Source of the DNA: an uncultured Bacillales bacterium
Lineage (GTDB): Bacteria; Bacillota_I; Bacilli_A; RF39; UBA660
Assembly: GCA_947165475.1 (NCBI GenBank)
Contig: CAMVAN010000001.1
Coordinates: forward strand, 1 to 55,407
DNA length: 55,407 nucleotides
Direction of reading: 5' to 3'
The notes under the pieces are model-generated. The model worked only from the letters and a program-made list of their open reading frames with translations. It was not told where the DNA came from and did not search any database. Below, one piece after another: positions 25,356 through 34,553 of this stretch. Position 1 is the stretch's first letter, and each line of letters begins with the position of its first letter. A program made the translations under genes and the position numbers.

Positions 25356-25384
25356 ATTATAAATAAAAAGCAAAAAATTATCAA
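25356..25384 (-). promoter_or_regulatory. Sigma-A-type promoter of the large operon
   Basis: On the minus strand: TTGATA (25384-25379), a 17-nt spacer, then TATAAT (25361-25356). This lies about 38 nt upstream of the ATG at 25318. Confidence 0.55.
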
Positions 25385-25429
25385 CAGATTTTCATAAAAA
25401 AGGACATTTTTGATAGAAGAACCTTTCTA

Positions 25430-25657
25430 TTATTCTATCAAAAAAGGACAAACATGTGGAACTTCATGAACAAAAGTCCTATTAATAACTCTTTCTTGTA
25501 CCCCTTCATTCAATGGTTGTTGAAAATTAGTTTGATTCATCATCCCACTGCTTGGCATCATAGTAACATCAACATCCATATCATTTTGAATAGTATTATT
25601 ATTTCCTGTAATAGTAGAATCCACATTAACGTCTTGATAAAAACTATTATTATACAT
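25430..25657 (-). CDS. Small CotD-family-like spore coat protein (75 aa), apparently C-terminally short
   Basis: Start MYNNSFYQD with AGGAGG 6-7 nt upstream; the track start at 25696 has no RBS. The C-terminal RTFVHEVPHVCP resembles the His/Pro-rich CotD repeat. The ORF ends right after this motif. Confidence 0.4.
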   Translation of the reverse strand: MYNNSFYQDVNVDSTITGNNNTIQNDMDVDVTMMPSSGMMNQTNFQQPLNEGVQERVINRTFVHEVPHVCPFLIE

Positions 25658-25705
25658 ATCAATACCTCCTAAAGTATTGTATGATAAAACAAACATTTAT
25701 GAAAC

Positions 25706-25732
25706 AAAAAAAAAAGATATAAGCAATATCTT
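25706..25732 (-). terminator. Intrinsic terminator after the lipoprotein gene
   Basis: On the minus strand: aagatat-tgctt-atatctt (7-bp stem) followed by T10, starting 3 nt after the stop at 25735. Confidence 0.6.
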
Positions 25733-25734
25733 AA

Positions 25735-26166
25735 CTAGTTTATATTACACTTATATCCTTGTTCTTCAAGACCTTTTTTAGTTGCCTCTGGAGTACTCAT
25801 CTTAGATAGAACATTTTTAGCAATTTTATCAACATCTAAAGTAGCAGAAACATGTAAATTTTTATCATTTCTTTTATGCTTACAATCTGTAAAAGCGCTT
25901 TTATACTCACTCATTGAATCTTTAACAAGAGAACACCAATCTTGTTTATCAACATATGATAACGATTCTTCTGGATAACTAGACAAATCCATATCGTAAG
26001 AAAAATCCATAGTGCTAATTGTATTTCCATCAAATCCAACATTAAAAATAATATCAACACCATTTGAAGATTGAGTACATTTCAATGTAGACTTCTTTCC
26101 ACACCCGGTAACAAAAACTGCTAAAATTACTATAGAAAAAATAAGCAAAAAATTTTTTCTCATCAA
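25735..26166 (-). CDS. Lipoprotein (143 aa)
   Basis: The signal peptide has the lipobox LAVFVTGC-GKKS. This is a track ORF. Confidence 0.75.
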   Translation of the reverse strand: MMRKNFLLIFSIVILAVFVTGCGKKSTLKCTQSSNGVDIIFNVGFDGNTISTMDFSYDMDLSSYPEESLSYVDKQDWCSLVKDSMSEYKSAFTDCKHKRNDKNLHVSATLDVDKIAKNVLSKMSTPEATKKGLEEQGYKCNIN

Positions 26167-26216
26167 AATACCTCCTATAAGATTATACTACCACTAATAT
26201 AATAAAAACACAATAT

Positions 26217-27524
26217 TTAAAAAGGCAATTTAAAATTTCCATTAGTAACTTGTTTCATCATTTTTTTCATTTGATCAAATTGTTGCAGTAACTGATTAAC
26301 TTCTTGAACAGAAGAACCACTTCCTTTAGCAATTCTAGTCTTCCTACTTGCCTTTATAATAGATGGATTTCTTCTTTCCTTAGGAGTCATAGACAAAACA
26401 ATTGCTTCAATATGAGCCATTTGTTTAGGATCAACCTTAATGTTAGTTAATCCCATTTTCTTAGCACCAGGTAACAATTTAATTAAATTTTCAATAGGTC
26501 CTAATTTTTTCATTTGCTTCATAGTAGATAAAAAATCTTCTAAATCAAATTTTCCTTCTTGCATACGTTTAGCAGCTTTTTCTGCCTCTTTCTCATCGAT
26601 AGACTCAGTAGCTTTTTCAACTAAAGAAATAATATCTCCCATTCCAAGAATTCTTCCAGCCATACGCTCTGGATCAAAAGAATCCAAACCATCAAGCTTT
26701 TCAGAAACACCAATAAACTTAATTGGAACATGAGTTAAATGACGAACAGATAAAGCCACTCCGCCTCTTGTATCACCATCTAATTTTGTCAATACAACAC
26801 CAGTTAAAGGTAATTGATTATGAAATCCAGTAATAACATTAATAGCATCTTGACCCATCATAGAATCAATAACTAATAATGTTTCATCAGGATGAATAGT
26901 AGACTGAATATTATCCAACTCTTCCATTAAATTTTCATCAATATGAAGTCGTCCAGCAGTATCAATTAAAACATAATCAAATTTATTATCTTTAGCATAA
27001 ACAATTGCATTTTGAGCAATTTCAACAGGATTTTTTTTCCCTTCCTCAAACACATCAATATTTAATTGTTTGCCCAATTGAACTAATTGGTCAATAGCAG
27101 CAGGTCTATAAACATCACAGGCAACTAACAATGGTTTTTTATGATGCTTTTTTCTTAAATAATTAGCAATTTTAGCAATAGTGGTAGTTTTACCTGATCC
27201 CTGTAAACCAACTAGCATCAAAGTAGCAGGTTTCCCTTCTAAATTTAGTGGACTACTTTCCCCACCTAATAATTCAGTTAATTCATCTTTTACAATTTTA
27301 ACAAATAAATCACCTGGATTAATACTAGAAACCACTTCCTCACCTAAAGCTTTTTCCTTAACAGAAGTAGTAAACTCCTTAACAACAGTATAATTAACAT
27401 CAGCTTCCAACAATGCTAATCTAATTTCACGCATCATATCAGAAATATTATCTTCAGTAATTTTTCCATATCCTTTTATCTTATGAATAGCATTTTGTAA
27501 ACGATCGCCCAAACTTTCAAACAT
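26217..27524 (-). CDS. ffh: Signal recognition particle protein Ffh
   Basis: MFESLGDRLQNA.. N domain, GLQGSGKTTT, DTAGRL and TKLDGD GTPase motifs, and a Met-rich M domain. Start moved to the Met at 27524 (GGGTGA upstream). Confidence 0.95.
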   Translation of the reverse strand: MFESLGDRLQNAIHKIKGYGKITEDNISDMMREIRLALLEADVNYTVVKEFTTSVKEKALGEEVVSSINPGDLFVKIVKDELTELLGGESSPLNLEGKPATLMLVGLQGSGKTTTIAKIANYLRKKHHKKPLLVACDVYRPAAIDQLVQLGKQLNIDVFEEGKKNPVEIAQNAIVYAKDNKFDYVLIDTAGRLHIDENLMEELDNIQSTIHPDETLLVIDSMMGQDAINVITGFHNQLPLTGVVLTKLDGDTRGGVALSVRHLTHVPIKFIGVSEKLDGLDSFDPERMAGRILGMGDIISLVEKATESIDEKEAEKAAKRMQEGKFDLEDFLSTMKQMKKLGPIENLIKLLPGAKKMGLTNIKVDPKQMAHIEAIVLSMTPKERRNPSIIKASRKTRIAKGSGSSVQEVNQLLQQFDQMKKMMKQVTNGNFKLPF

Positions 27525-27616
27525 ATTCTTCACCCATAAATATTGTACCAAATAAGAGGAATGAAGTCCATTGATAAATAAAATATATAAAAAAAGAATC
27601 CTAAAAAGGAATCTTT

Positions 27617-29977
27617 TTAATCACTAAAATCATTCTCAATATCATCTTCATCAACCAATTCAATCAAAGGAGAACCACTATCATCAATTAAAATGGGCTC
27701 ATTATAGGATATCCCCTTGTTAACATTAACTTCAGAAATTTCAGCTAACCCACTGCTTGGACTATTGCTCACTGGCGCAATAGCAGTAGGTCCAGCCATA
27801 GGTGAAGTTGGTTGCCCATTATCCCCTGAAGAAGTAGTAGAACTATTCATCACGATAAATGAATCATCAAATTTTTCATCCACATCATCAGAATTAGAAG
27901 AAATAGACTTAGATGGAGAATTATTATCTGATGGTGTTGCAGCTACAATAGATAAACTTGGATTTTCCTCTAATTCATTGCTATTATTTATAGAATTATT
28001 ATTACTTAGCTGACTATTTTCAGAAGATGCTGCAGTTGATGTTGTTGCTGTTGGAGATGGAGTAGCAATATTATCAGTTACGATAGATAAGCTTGGATTC
28101 TCTGATTGAGAAACCATAACAGGAACAGTGCCATAATTAGTATTAGCAACTAAATTTTGAGAAACATTCATAGTATTTTGTGGCATTTTTGCATTATTAA
28201 CAGCACTATTTGAAATTCCATTAGATGAACCATTCCATATAGTAACTACATCACAGTTTCCAGAAAGTGGTGCAGGATTAGGCATTTCCATTTTTATTAC
28301 TAAAGGTATTTTAAAACCAAGACCAAATCCTAAACAAGTTCCTGACTGTAAAGCTTTTTGTTTTTCTATAATCTCATCTGTAATATGAGGAACCATTTTA
28401 CGAATATAATCTACATCCATAGGGTGATTAATTTTAAAAATCAAAAAATTAGTACATTGGGAAATAACAGTATCACTAATTTCAACAGGTCTTTGCGAGA
28501 TCAAACCAAGTATCACTCCATACTTACGACCTTCTTTTGCAATTCTCTCAAAAATATTATAACCAAATAAGAAACGATCATGATCACTTTGAATATAACG
28601 ATGAGCTTCCTCCAGAACAATATGGAAAGGAATGCTACCACGCATTTTTAGTCCTTTACAAAAATCAAAAATTAATCTTGAATAAATCTTAGTTAAAACT
28701 TTAGCAAAATCATCATCTATGTCATTTAAATTTATATTAACAATTTGATACTTTTTTCCATTTGTTATCAACAATGAAGATAAATAAGACTCTAAAGAAA
28801 CATATTCTTTAACATCAAAATATTTAGCATTATCACCAACCAATAAAGAATGTAATCTAACTCTTAATGTAACAGAATCACCATATGTTTGTTCATTTCT
28901 AAGCCATCCTTCACTAATTAATGTAAAGTTAAGAGCCTTTTCTAATGTATTTAAATCATAAAAAACTCCTGTATGTGGTTCGTAATCATCATACTCTTCC
29001 TTAATAAAAGAATTAAGATATTCATTCATTAATACACTTTCAGTAAAATTACCAGAATTATCAATCAAAAAACACTCTCTAAATTTACGAACATATCCTA
29101 TTCCTTGAACAGGAGCCTCCATATTAAACTCATCTGTAGAACAACTTGCTAAAATCGAAAAAATTTCATTACGTTTGTTAGGAGCAGTCTCATTTGTATA
29201 CAAAATAGTCATAATAGCTTTAGCAATCAAATGATTCTTATAAGAATTTGAATCAATATCATTTTGACTAAAAACCAAAGCAAGTTTAAGCATTCTCTCA
29301 ATAATAGGTAATTGAGAATGACTTGTACATTGAAGTAAAAGAGCTAAGTCATCTTTATTTAACAAATATACAGGTAATCTTAACTTTTCACCAATACCAT
29401 CAGTTTCATTTGTACTTAAATAACGATAATTATATTGACTATTAATCTGATTTAAATTAGAAAACGCATTGTAATATTCACCAGAAGAATCAAAAATAAA
29501 TATATTAGCTTTATATGGATTTAATCTCTCATCATGAAACATATTTTGAAATAAACGAGTAGTACCACATGATTTACCTGACCCAGTATTACCAAATATA
29601 GCAAAATGATTACTAAAAAAGCTATTTACATCCAAAAAAACAGGAAAATCATTGTAAAATGGACTAACTCCTAATTTCATATAACCATCAACATCCGAAC
29701 CTGTTATCAAAGGTATTTCGCTCTGTTCAATAACCCGAATCTTAGCATCTAAAGATGGCTTACGAATCGTACCACCAATTAATCTATCATTAACAATTTC
29801 TCCCAAAAAACGAGCTTTTACCAAGTTTCCATCCAAATCATCAACTTCACCTAAAATTTTTTTAGTATCATCTTCAAAAACTAAATGTAAATTCATTAAA
29901 TTCATTGTAACTTCAGCGTTATCCAATAACTTAATGGTACATGAATCATCACTAATATAGGTTATTCTGTCAAACAT
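27617..29977 (-). CDS. HerA/FtsK-like (DUF87-type) P-loop ATPase with a ~210-aa low-complexity S/N/T/P-rich acidic-ended tail (786 aa)
   Basis: There is an N-terminal barrel-like region, Walker A FGNTGSGKS and Walker B-like HIVLEEAHRYI, followed by GLISQRP. The tail runs from about residue 575. Confidence 0.8.
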   Translation of the reverse strand: MFDRITYISDDSCTIKLLDNAEVTMNLMNLHLVFEDDTKKILGEVDDLDGNLVKARFLGEIVNDRLIGGTIRKPSLDAKIRVIEQSEIPLITGSDVDGYMKLGVSPFYNDFPVFLDVNSFFSNHFAIFGNTGSGKSCGTTRLFQNMFHDERLNPYKANIFIFDSSGEYYNAFSNLNQINSQYNYRYLSTNETDGIGEKLRLPVYLLNKDDLALLLQCTSHSQLPIIERMLKLALVFSQNDIDSNSYKNHLIAKAIMTILYTNETAPNKRNEIFSILASCSTDEFNMEAPVQGIGYVRKFRECFLIDNSGNFTESVLMNEYLNSFIKEEYDDYEPHTGVFYDLNTLEKALNFTLISEGWLRNEQTYGDSVTLRVRLHSLLVGDNAKYFDVKEYVSLESYLSSLLITNGKKYQIVNINLNDIDDDFAKVLTKIYSRLIFDFCKGLKMRGSIPFHIVLEEAHRYIQSDHDRFLFGYNIFERIAKEGRKYGVILGLISQRPVEISDTVISQCTNFLIFKINHPMDVDYIRKMVPHITDEIIEKQKALQSGTCLGFGLGFKIPLVIKMEMPNPAPLSGNCDVVTIWNGSSNGISNSAVNNAKMPQNTMNVSQNLVANTNYGTVPVMVSQSENPSLSIVTDNIATPSPTATTSTAASSENSQLSNNNSINNSNELEENPSLSIVAATPSDNNSPSKSISSNSDDVDEKFDDSFIVMNSSTTSSGDNGQPTSPMAGPTAIAPVSNSPSSGLAEISEVNVNKGISYNEPILIDDSGSPLIELVDEDDIENDFSD

Positions 29978-30088
29978 AACTATCCCTCTTATTCTTTCAC
30001 TACTATATAAAAATTATACAAGTAAATACAATCTTTTTCAAGAAAAAAATACTACAATTAAGTAGTAAATTAATATCAGGTACAAAAA

Positions 30089-31336
30089 TTACTTATTAAC
30101 CCTTTTTTTAGAATACTCATCACCTTTTTTTGTTTTTTCTATCTCTTCAATAGATTCAATTTTATGAAGAATATTTTGAGCACCATCTGAATAAAAATCT
30201 TTTCTATGCCCTAATGCATATTTAAAAAGATCTCTTTCATCATTATTATAATTAGTATAACGATGTAATATCCAATCTTCAATATTATCATCAATTATAA
30301 TATTATCCATATAAATTAATTGAAAAATTGGTGAATTATAATCTTCTCCCAAATCCTCTGCTCTTTCAATTGCGTATAATACAAAAGAAGAATTATTTTG
30401 AGGCTCAATATCGAAAAAAAACAATTTAATTATATTATAATAATCTTTTAATTCAAAATCCTCTTTCTTAGCAAATCTACTGATAATTGCATCTAATGCC
30501 TTAAATCTTAAACAAATTTTTTCAGCTCTAAATATATTATCAACAGTCACTCCATATTTTTCAAAATCATCATCAGTTACTTTTCCAGCAATAGTTTCTA
30601 ATATATCTTCAATAAAATAATACTTATGGGAAAAATCCATTCTTTTTAATCTAGGAATAGTTTCTAATAATTGAATAGTAAATTCTGTTATAAACTTCTC
30701 ATATTGTTCATTAGATAATTCACCTTGTCCTTTTTTATCTTTTAAATAATCTATCAAACTATTATGATATTTATTACAATAACTTCTTATATTCCAATAA
30801 AAAACATCACTAAAATTACATTTATTAAATTCTTGAAATATCCTATCTTTAGATAAAGACAACAGCTCACTACTCCTTAAGAGAGCCTTATCAAAATTAC
30901 GAAATTCATCTACTAATTCAATATCTTTTAACTCTTTTTCTATCTCAGAATAGATCTCCACTAATAAATAATTATTAATTATTCCAAAAGAAGAATAATC
31001 ACGATAATTATTATCATACATACAAGTAGAAATAATCTTTTTTAAAATTATATTTAGTTCATCTTTATAAATATTTTCAGCATTTTTTTCGCTTGCTTCA
31101 TTTAAAGTATAATTAGAGGATAATAAATTGAATACAGAAACAGAAATATCATTATCTATTAAACTATACTGTATTTTCTTCATACTTTCATTTAAGCCAT
31201 CATCTGAATCATAATACTTATTTTGAACTAAAAAATATGATAATAAACTATTATAATAATCTAAAAAAACTCTATATTTTTTTATTTCTTCTAATAAATT
31301 ATTTTTTTCTTCTAAACTTATTTCTTTTAATTCCAT
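30089..31336 (-). CDS. Hypothetical, predicted all-helical cytoplasmic protein (415 aa) upstream of the HerA-like ATPase
   Basis: Track ORF. I recognise no TM, no P-loop and no nuclease or Sir2 motif. Confidence 0.7.
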   Translation of the reverse strand: MELKEISLEEKNNLLEEIKKYRVFLDYYNSLLSYFLVQNKYYDSDDGLNESMKKIQYSLIDNDISVSVFNLLSSNYTLNEASEKNAENIYKDELNIILKKIISTCMYDNNYRDYSSFGIINNYLLVEIYSEIEKELKDIELVDEFRNFDKALLRSSELLSLSKDRIFQEFNKCNFSDVFYWNIRSYCNKYHNSLIDYLKDKKGQGELSNEQYEKFITEFTIQLLETIPRLKRMDFSHKYYFIEDILETIAGKVTDDDFEKYGVTVDNIFRAEKICLRFKALDAIISRFAKKEDFELKDYYNIIKLFFFDIEPQNNSSFVLYAIERAEDLGEDYNSPIFQLIYMDNIIIDDNIEDWILHRYTNYNNDERDLFKYALGHRKDFYSDGAQNILHKIESIEEIEKTKKGDEYSKKRVNK

Positions 31337-31421
31337 TCTATTACTCCTAAATATATTTTCCCTTTATTATAATTATTAAATAGAATTAGTCAATAAAAAA
31401 AATATATATTTAAATAGTATT

Positions 31422-31715
31422 TTATATAATCTCCTCTAATTCTTTCTTCAAAGAATCATTATCTATCTTAGATAAAACACTTAATATAATATTTTTTTTC
31501 TTTAAAAGCATTAATTTTTCTTCATATTCCTCTAATTTTAAAATAACAGAATGAACTTGATTAAAAATAGCATTTCTACTCACTCCATAGTCTTCTGCCA
31601 TTTCAGAAAAACTCAAATTATTACAATAATAATCCTCAAAATACTTTTTTTGTTTATCAGTTAGTAAAGAACCATAAATATCATACAAAGAATTATAATA
31701 AACAACTGAATCCAT
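31422..31715 (-). CDS. ylxM: YlxM/UPF0122 small HTH protein of the SRP operon
   Basis: LYDIYGSLLTDKQKKYFEDYYCNNLSFSEMAEDYGVSRNAIFNQV matches the YlxM signature, and the gene sits downstream of ftsY. Confidence 0.85.
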   Translation of the reverse strand: MDSVVYYNSLYDIYGSLLTDKQKKYFEDYYCNNLSFSEMAEDYGVSRNAIFNQVHSVILKLEEYEEKLMLLKKKNIILSVLSKIDNDSLKKELEEII

Positions 31716-31976
31716 TTAAAACACTCCAATAATTCCAATAACTAAAACAATTATACCAAAAATTAAGTAATATAATGTAAGCTTTTCTTTTTGAAAAATT
31801 TTTTTATTATTATAAGCCATAATCATCAAATCTATTCCCATAATAATCTCAAAATAAGGAAAGATATTATGATTCATAATACTAACTATTGCTAAAACAA
31901 GAACAATTATAGTGCAAAGAGCCTGCAAAAAAGCTCCTAAAATATTAAACTCATGAATTTTATTTTTTTTCTTCAA
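31716..31976 (-). CDS. Small membrane protein (86 aa, about 3 TM)
   Basis: Track ORF packed between ftsY and ylxM with 1-nt and 0-nt gaps. Confidence 0.6.
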   Translation of the reverse strand: MKKKNKIHEFNILGAFLQALCTIIVLVLAIVSIMNHNIFPYFEIIMGIDLMIMAYNNKKIFQKEKLTLYYLIFGIIVLVIGIIGVF

Positions 31977-31977
31977 A

Positions 31978-33267
31978 TTACATCATATCCTTAAATAGAC
32001 CATATATATATTTTTCAATGTCAAATGTTTGTAAATCATCCTTAGTCTCACCAAGTCCAATAAATTTAACAGGTAACCCAACTTCTTCTTTTATTGCTAG
32101 AACTATTCCACCTTTAGCAGTTCCATCTAGTTTTGTTAAAACAATCCCAGTAATATTTGTAATTTCCTTAAAGGACTTAGCTTGGCTAATTCCATTTTGT
32201 CCAGTAGTAGCATCAATCACAAGTAGAGTCTCACAAGCCCCACCATCTACTAAACTATCGATTACTCTATTAATTTTCTCTAACTCTTTCATTAGATTAA
32301 CTTTATTTTGAAGTCTTCCTGCAGTATCAACTAACACAACATCATATTTTTCATCTTTAGCTTTACAAATACCATCATAAACTACACTAGCAGGATCGCT
32401 ATCCTCTTTACCAAAAAAGCCAACTTCTACTTTTTCACTCCACTCCTGTAGCTGCATAACTGCTCCCGCACGAAAAGTATCGGCTCCAACTAATAAGACT
32501 TTTTTTCCCTCATCCTTTAATTTATTAGCAATCTTTCCAATTGTAGTCGTTTTTCCAACCCCATTAACACCAATAAACAAAATGACTGACAAATCACTTT
32601 CATTAAATAAAATTTTACTACTTAAAACATCATCATTAACATATATAATAAACAATTCATCTACAATTATTTCTTTTAAATCAGATGGATTAGTAATATT
32701 TTCATGATTAACTCTTTCTCTTAATCGATCAATAAAATCCATTACTGTTTTAACACCAATATCAGCCATAATTAAAATTTCTTCCAACTCTTCGAAATAT
32801 TCATCAGTAATTTTACTATACTTATTAGTAAGATTAGCTAACTTAGAAACAAACCCTTGACGAGTCTTAGACAATCCTTTTTCATATATCTTAACAGACT
32901 TTCTTTCTTCCTCTTTTTTCTTTCTACTAAAAAGAAAACCTTTTTTCTTTTTGTTTTCTTCTTTTTTATTATCTATTATTATATTTTCAACAATCTCTTC
33001 TTCAGCCTCTACTTCCTCTGTCTCATCTTCAACAGCCTCTTCTTCCTCTATCTCATCTTCAACAGTCTCTTCTTCAGCCTCTTCTTCCTCTGCTTCTTCT
33101 TCAGTAGTCTCTTCTTCTTCAGCCTCTTCTTCCTCTGCTTCTTCTTCAACAGTCTCTTCTTCAGTAGTCTTTTCTTCCTCAGCTTCTTCCTCAACAGTCT
33201 CTTCTTCAGTAGTCTCTTCTTCATCATAAGACTTAAACATACTTTTTATTTTACTAAATAATCCCAT
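31978..33267 (-). CDS. ftsY: SRP receptor FtsY with an acidic repetitive N-terminal A-domain
   Basis: The NG domain shows GVNGVGKTTTIGK, DTAGRL and TKLDGTAKGG. The N-terminal ~80 residues are an E/T/A/V repeat. Confidence 0.95.
   Translation of the reverse strand: MGLFSKIKSMFKSYDEEETTEEETVEEEAEEEKTTEEETVEEEAEEEEAEEEETTEEEAEEEEAEEETVEDEIEEEEAVEDETEEVEAEEEIVENIIIDNKKEENKKKKGFLFSRKKKEEERKSVKIYEKGLSKTRQGFVSKLANLTNKYSKITDEYFEELEEILIMADIGVKTVMDFIDRLRERVNHENITNPSDLKEIIVDELFIIYVNDDVLSSKILFNESDLSVILFIGVNGVGKTTTIGKIANKLKDEGKKVLLVGADTFRAGAVMQLQEWSEKVEVGFFGKEDSDPASVVYDGICKAKDEKYDVVLVDTAGRLQNKVNLMKELEKINRVIDSLVDGGACETLLVIDATTGQNGISQAKSFKEITNITGIVLTKLDGTAKGGIVLAIKEEVGLPVKFIGLGETKDDLQTFDIEKYIYGLFKDMM
32986..33225 (-). 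repeat. In-frame tandem repeat encoding the acidic (TTEEE(T/A)VEEEAEEE)n tract of FtsY
   Basis: Imperfect ~45-nt units (ctcttcttcagcctcttcttcctctgcttcttcttcaacagt...). Residues 15-94 are almost exclusively E, T, A and V. The repeat generates two spurious plus-strand ORFs in the track. Confidence 0.8.
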
Positions 33268-33446
33268 TAACTATCACCTAAGAATTATTATATCAAATTT
33301 TTCAACAAGAAATCAATTATATTCTTTCTACCATACTAAACACCATATTAAAAAACATTGACAATTAAAAAGAAATAATATAAAGTAAAGAACAATTTCT
33401 ATTAATGAATTCAACTAAAAAAGATTGTATTTTAGGGAGGCAAAAT

Positions 33447-34436
33447 ATGAATATTAATTATGTTGATAAAGAAGTACAATTAAAATTATGTAATTTATTC
33501 TTGATACCCAAAAAAAAGACATTTATAGATATCTTGTTAAAAAGAGAATCAATAAATGAAGAGCAAATTTATCAAATAGATAAATACTTAACATCTCTTT
33601 TTAAACAAATGGGATATGAAAAAGATATAGAAATAAGTAATTATGATGATAAAAAAATAAATGGAGAGTTAAAAGATACTAATATAACTTTTCAAATGTC
33701 TATAAGTGAAAACAATAGATTTACAATAGACACAATTGAAAAAGATGATACAAATTACTATTATAATTATTATTATATTTATTTTGTTAATACAACATAT
33801 GATGAAAAAAAATATAGAAATATAAAATTAAATAAATATAAAAGTATACATAAAAGCTTAATAAAAACAACTATAAAATTTGATTTAAACGAAGAAGATA
33901 ACTATTTCATAATGATAAAAAGAAAAGAAAATGTATTAGATTGTAGTATGTATTATTCAAATAAAATAACTCTTAAGAAAGAATGTTTAGATGATTATTT
34001 TAATAAATTAGAACCAGGTAAAAGCATATTTCAAATATATAATGATATAATAAAACTAACAGATTTAACAATTGAGGAGCTAAACCACTTCCATATTTGC
34101 AAAAAGAAAAATATTAGACAGAATGATAATCAAGAATACATATCATTTAATGATGGTAAATTAGCTTGCTTAGGAGCAGCAAAAGATGGTACAGGGTATG
34201 ATATAAGAGACGGAAAATATAAAATTATAACAAAAGATACAAATAGTCTAAATAAGTATAATATAGAATTTGAAGAAAATAATGCTATTTTAACAATAAA
34301 CAATAATAAATTTTTAATACCACTAGATATACTTACATATTCGAATTCAGATTTTACAAACAGAATAGAAACATACAGAATAGGAAGTGCTATTGAAAAG
34401 CAATTAGCAATGAGAAAGAAAGATATTCCAAAGTAA
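33447..34436 (+). CDS. Hypothetical soluble protein (329 aa), no recognisable family
   Basis: Track ORF with the start moved to MNINYVDKE, which is preceded by GGGAGG. Confidence 0.6.
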   Translation: MNINYVDKEVQLKLCNLFLIPKKKTFIDILLKRESINEEQIYQIDKYLTSLFKQMGYEKDIEISNYDDKKINGELKDTNITFQMSISENNRFTIDTIEKDDTNYYYNYYYIYFVNTTYDEKKYRNIKLNKYKSIHKSLIKTTIKFDLNEEDNYFIMIKRKENVLDCSMYYSNKITLKKECLDDYFNKLEPGKSIFQIYNDIIKLTDLTIEELNHFHICKKKNIRQNDNQEYISFNDGKLACLGAAKDGTGYDIRDGKYKIITKDTNSLNKYNIEFEENNAILTINNNKFLIPLDILTYSNSDFTNRIETYRIGSAIEKQLAMRKKDIPK

Positions 34437-34482
34437 ATATCTTTTTTATTTTTACAATAAAAAAAGAAATAGTGAAAGGGAA

Positions 34483-34511
34483 TAGACAAAATCTATTTTT
34501 TATTGTATAAT
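34483..34511 (+). promoter_or_regulatory. Sigma-A-type promoter with extended -10 upstream of rnjA
   Basis: TAGACA, a 17-nt spacer, then TG-T-ATAAT read as TGTATAAT (-10 at 34506-34511). This is 43 nt before the ATG at 34554. Confidence 0.45.
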
Positions 34512-34553
34512 TTCATAGTTAGTTCTAAAAACTTAAAAAAGAAAGGAGTAAAT

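Noticed and set aside
25319-25429. An atagaa/ttctat 6-bp inverted repeat overlapping the CotD-like stop, as a possible terminator.
   Set aside because: The stem is short and all A/U-rich with no following U-tract, so it is not convincing.
32857-33261. Two plus-strand ORFs (134 and 92 aa) with striking poly-S/F/L repeats.
   Set aside because: They are the antisense reading of the acidic tandem repeat of ftsY, an artefact of repeat periodicity.
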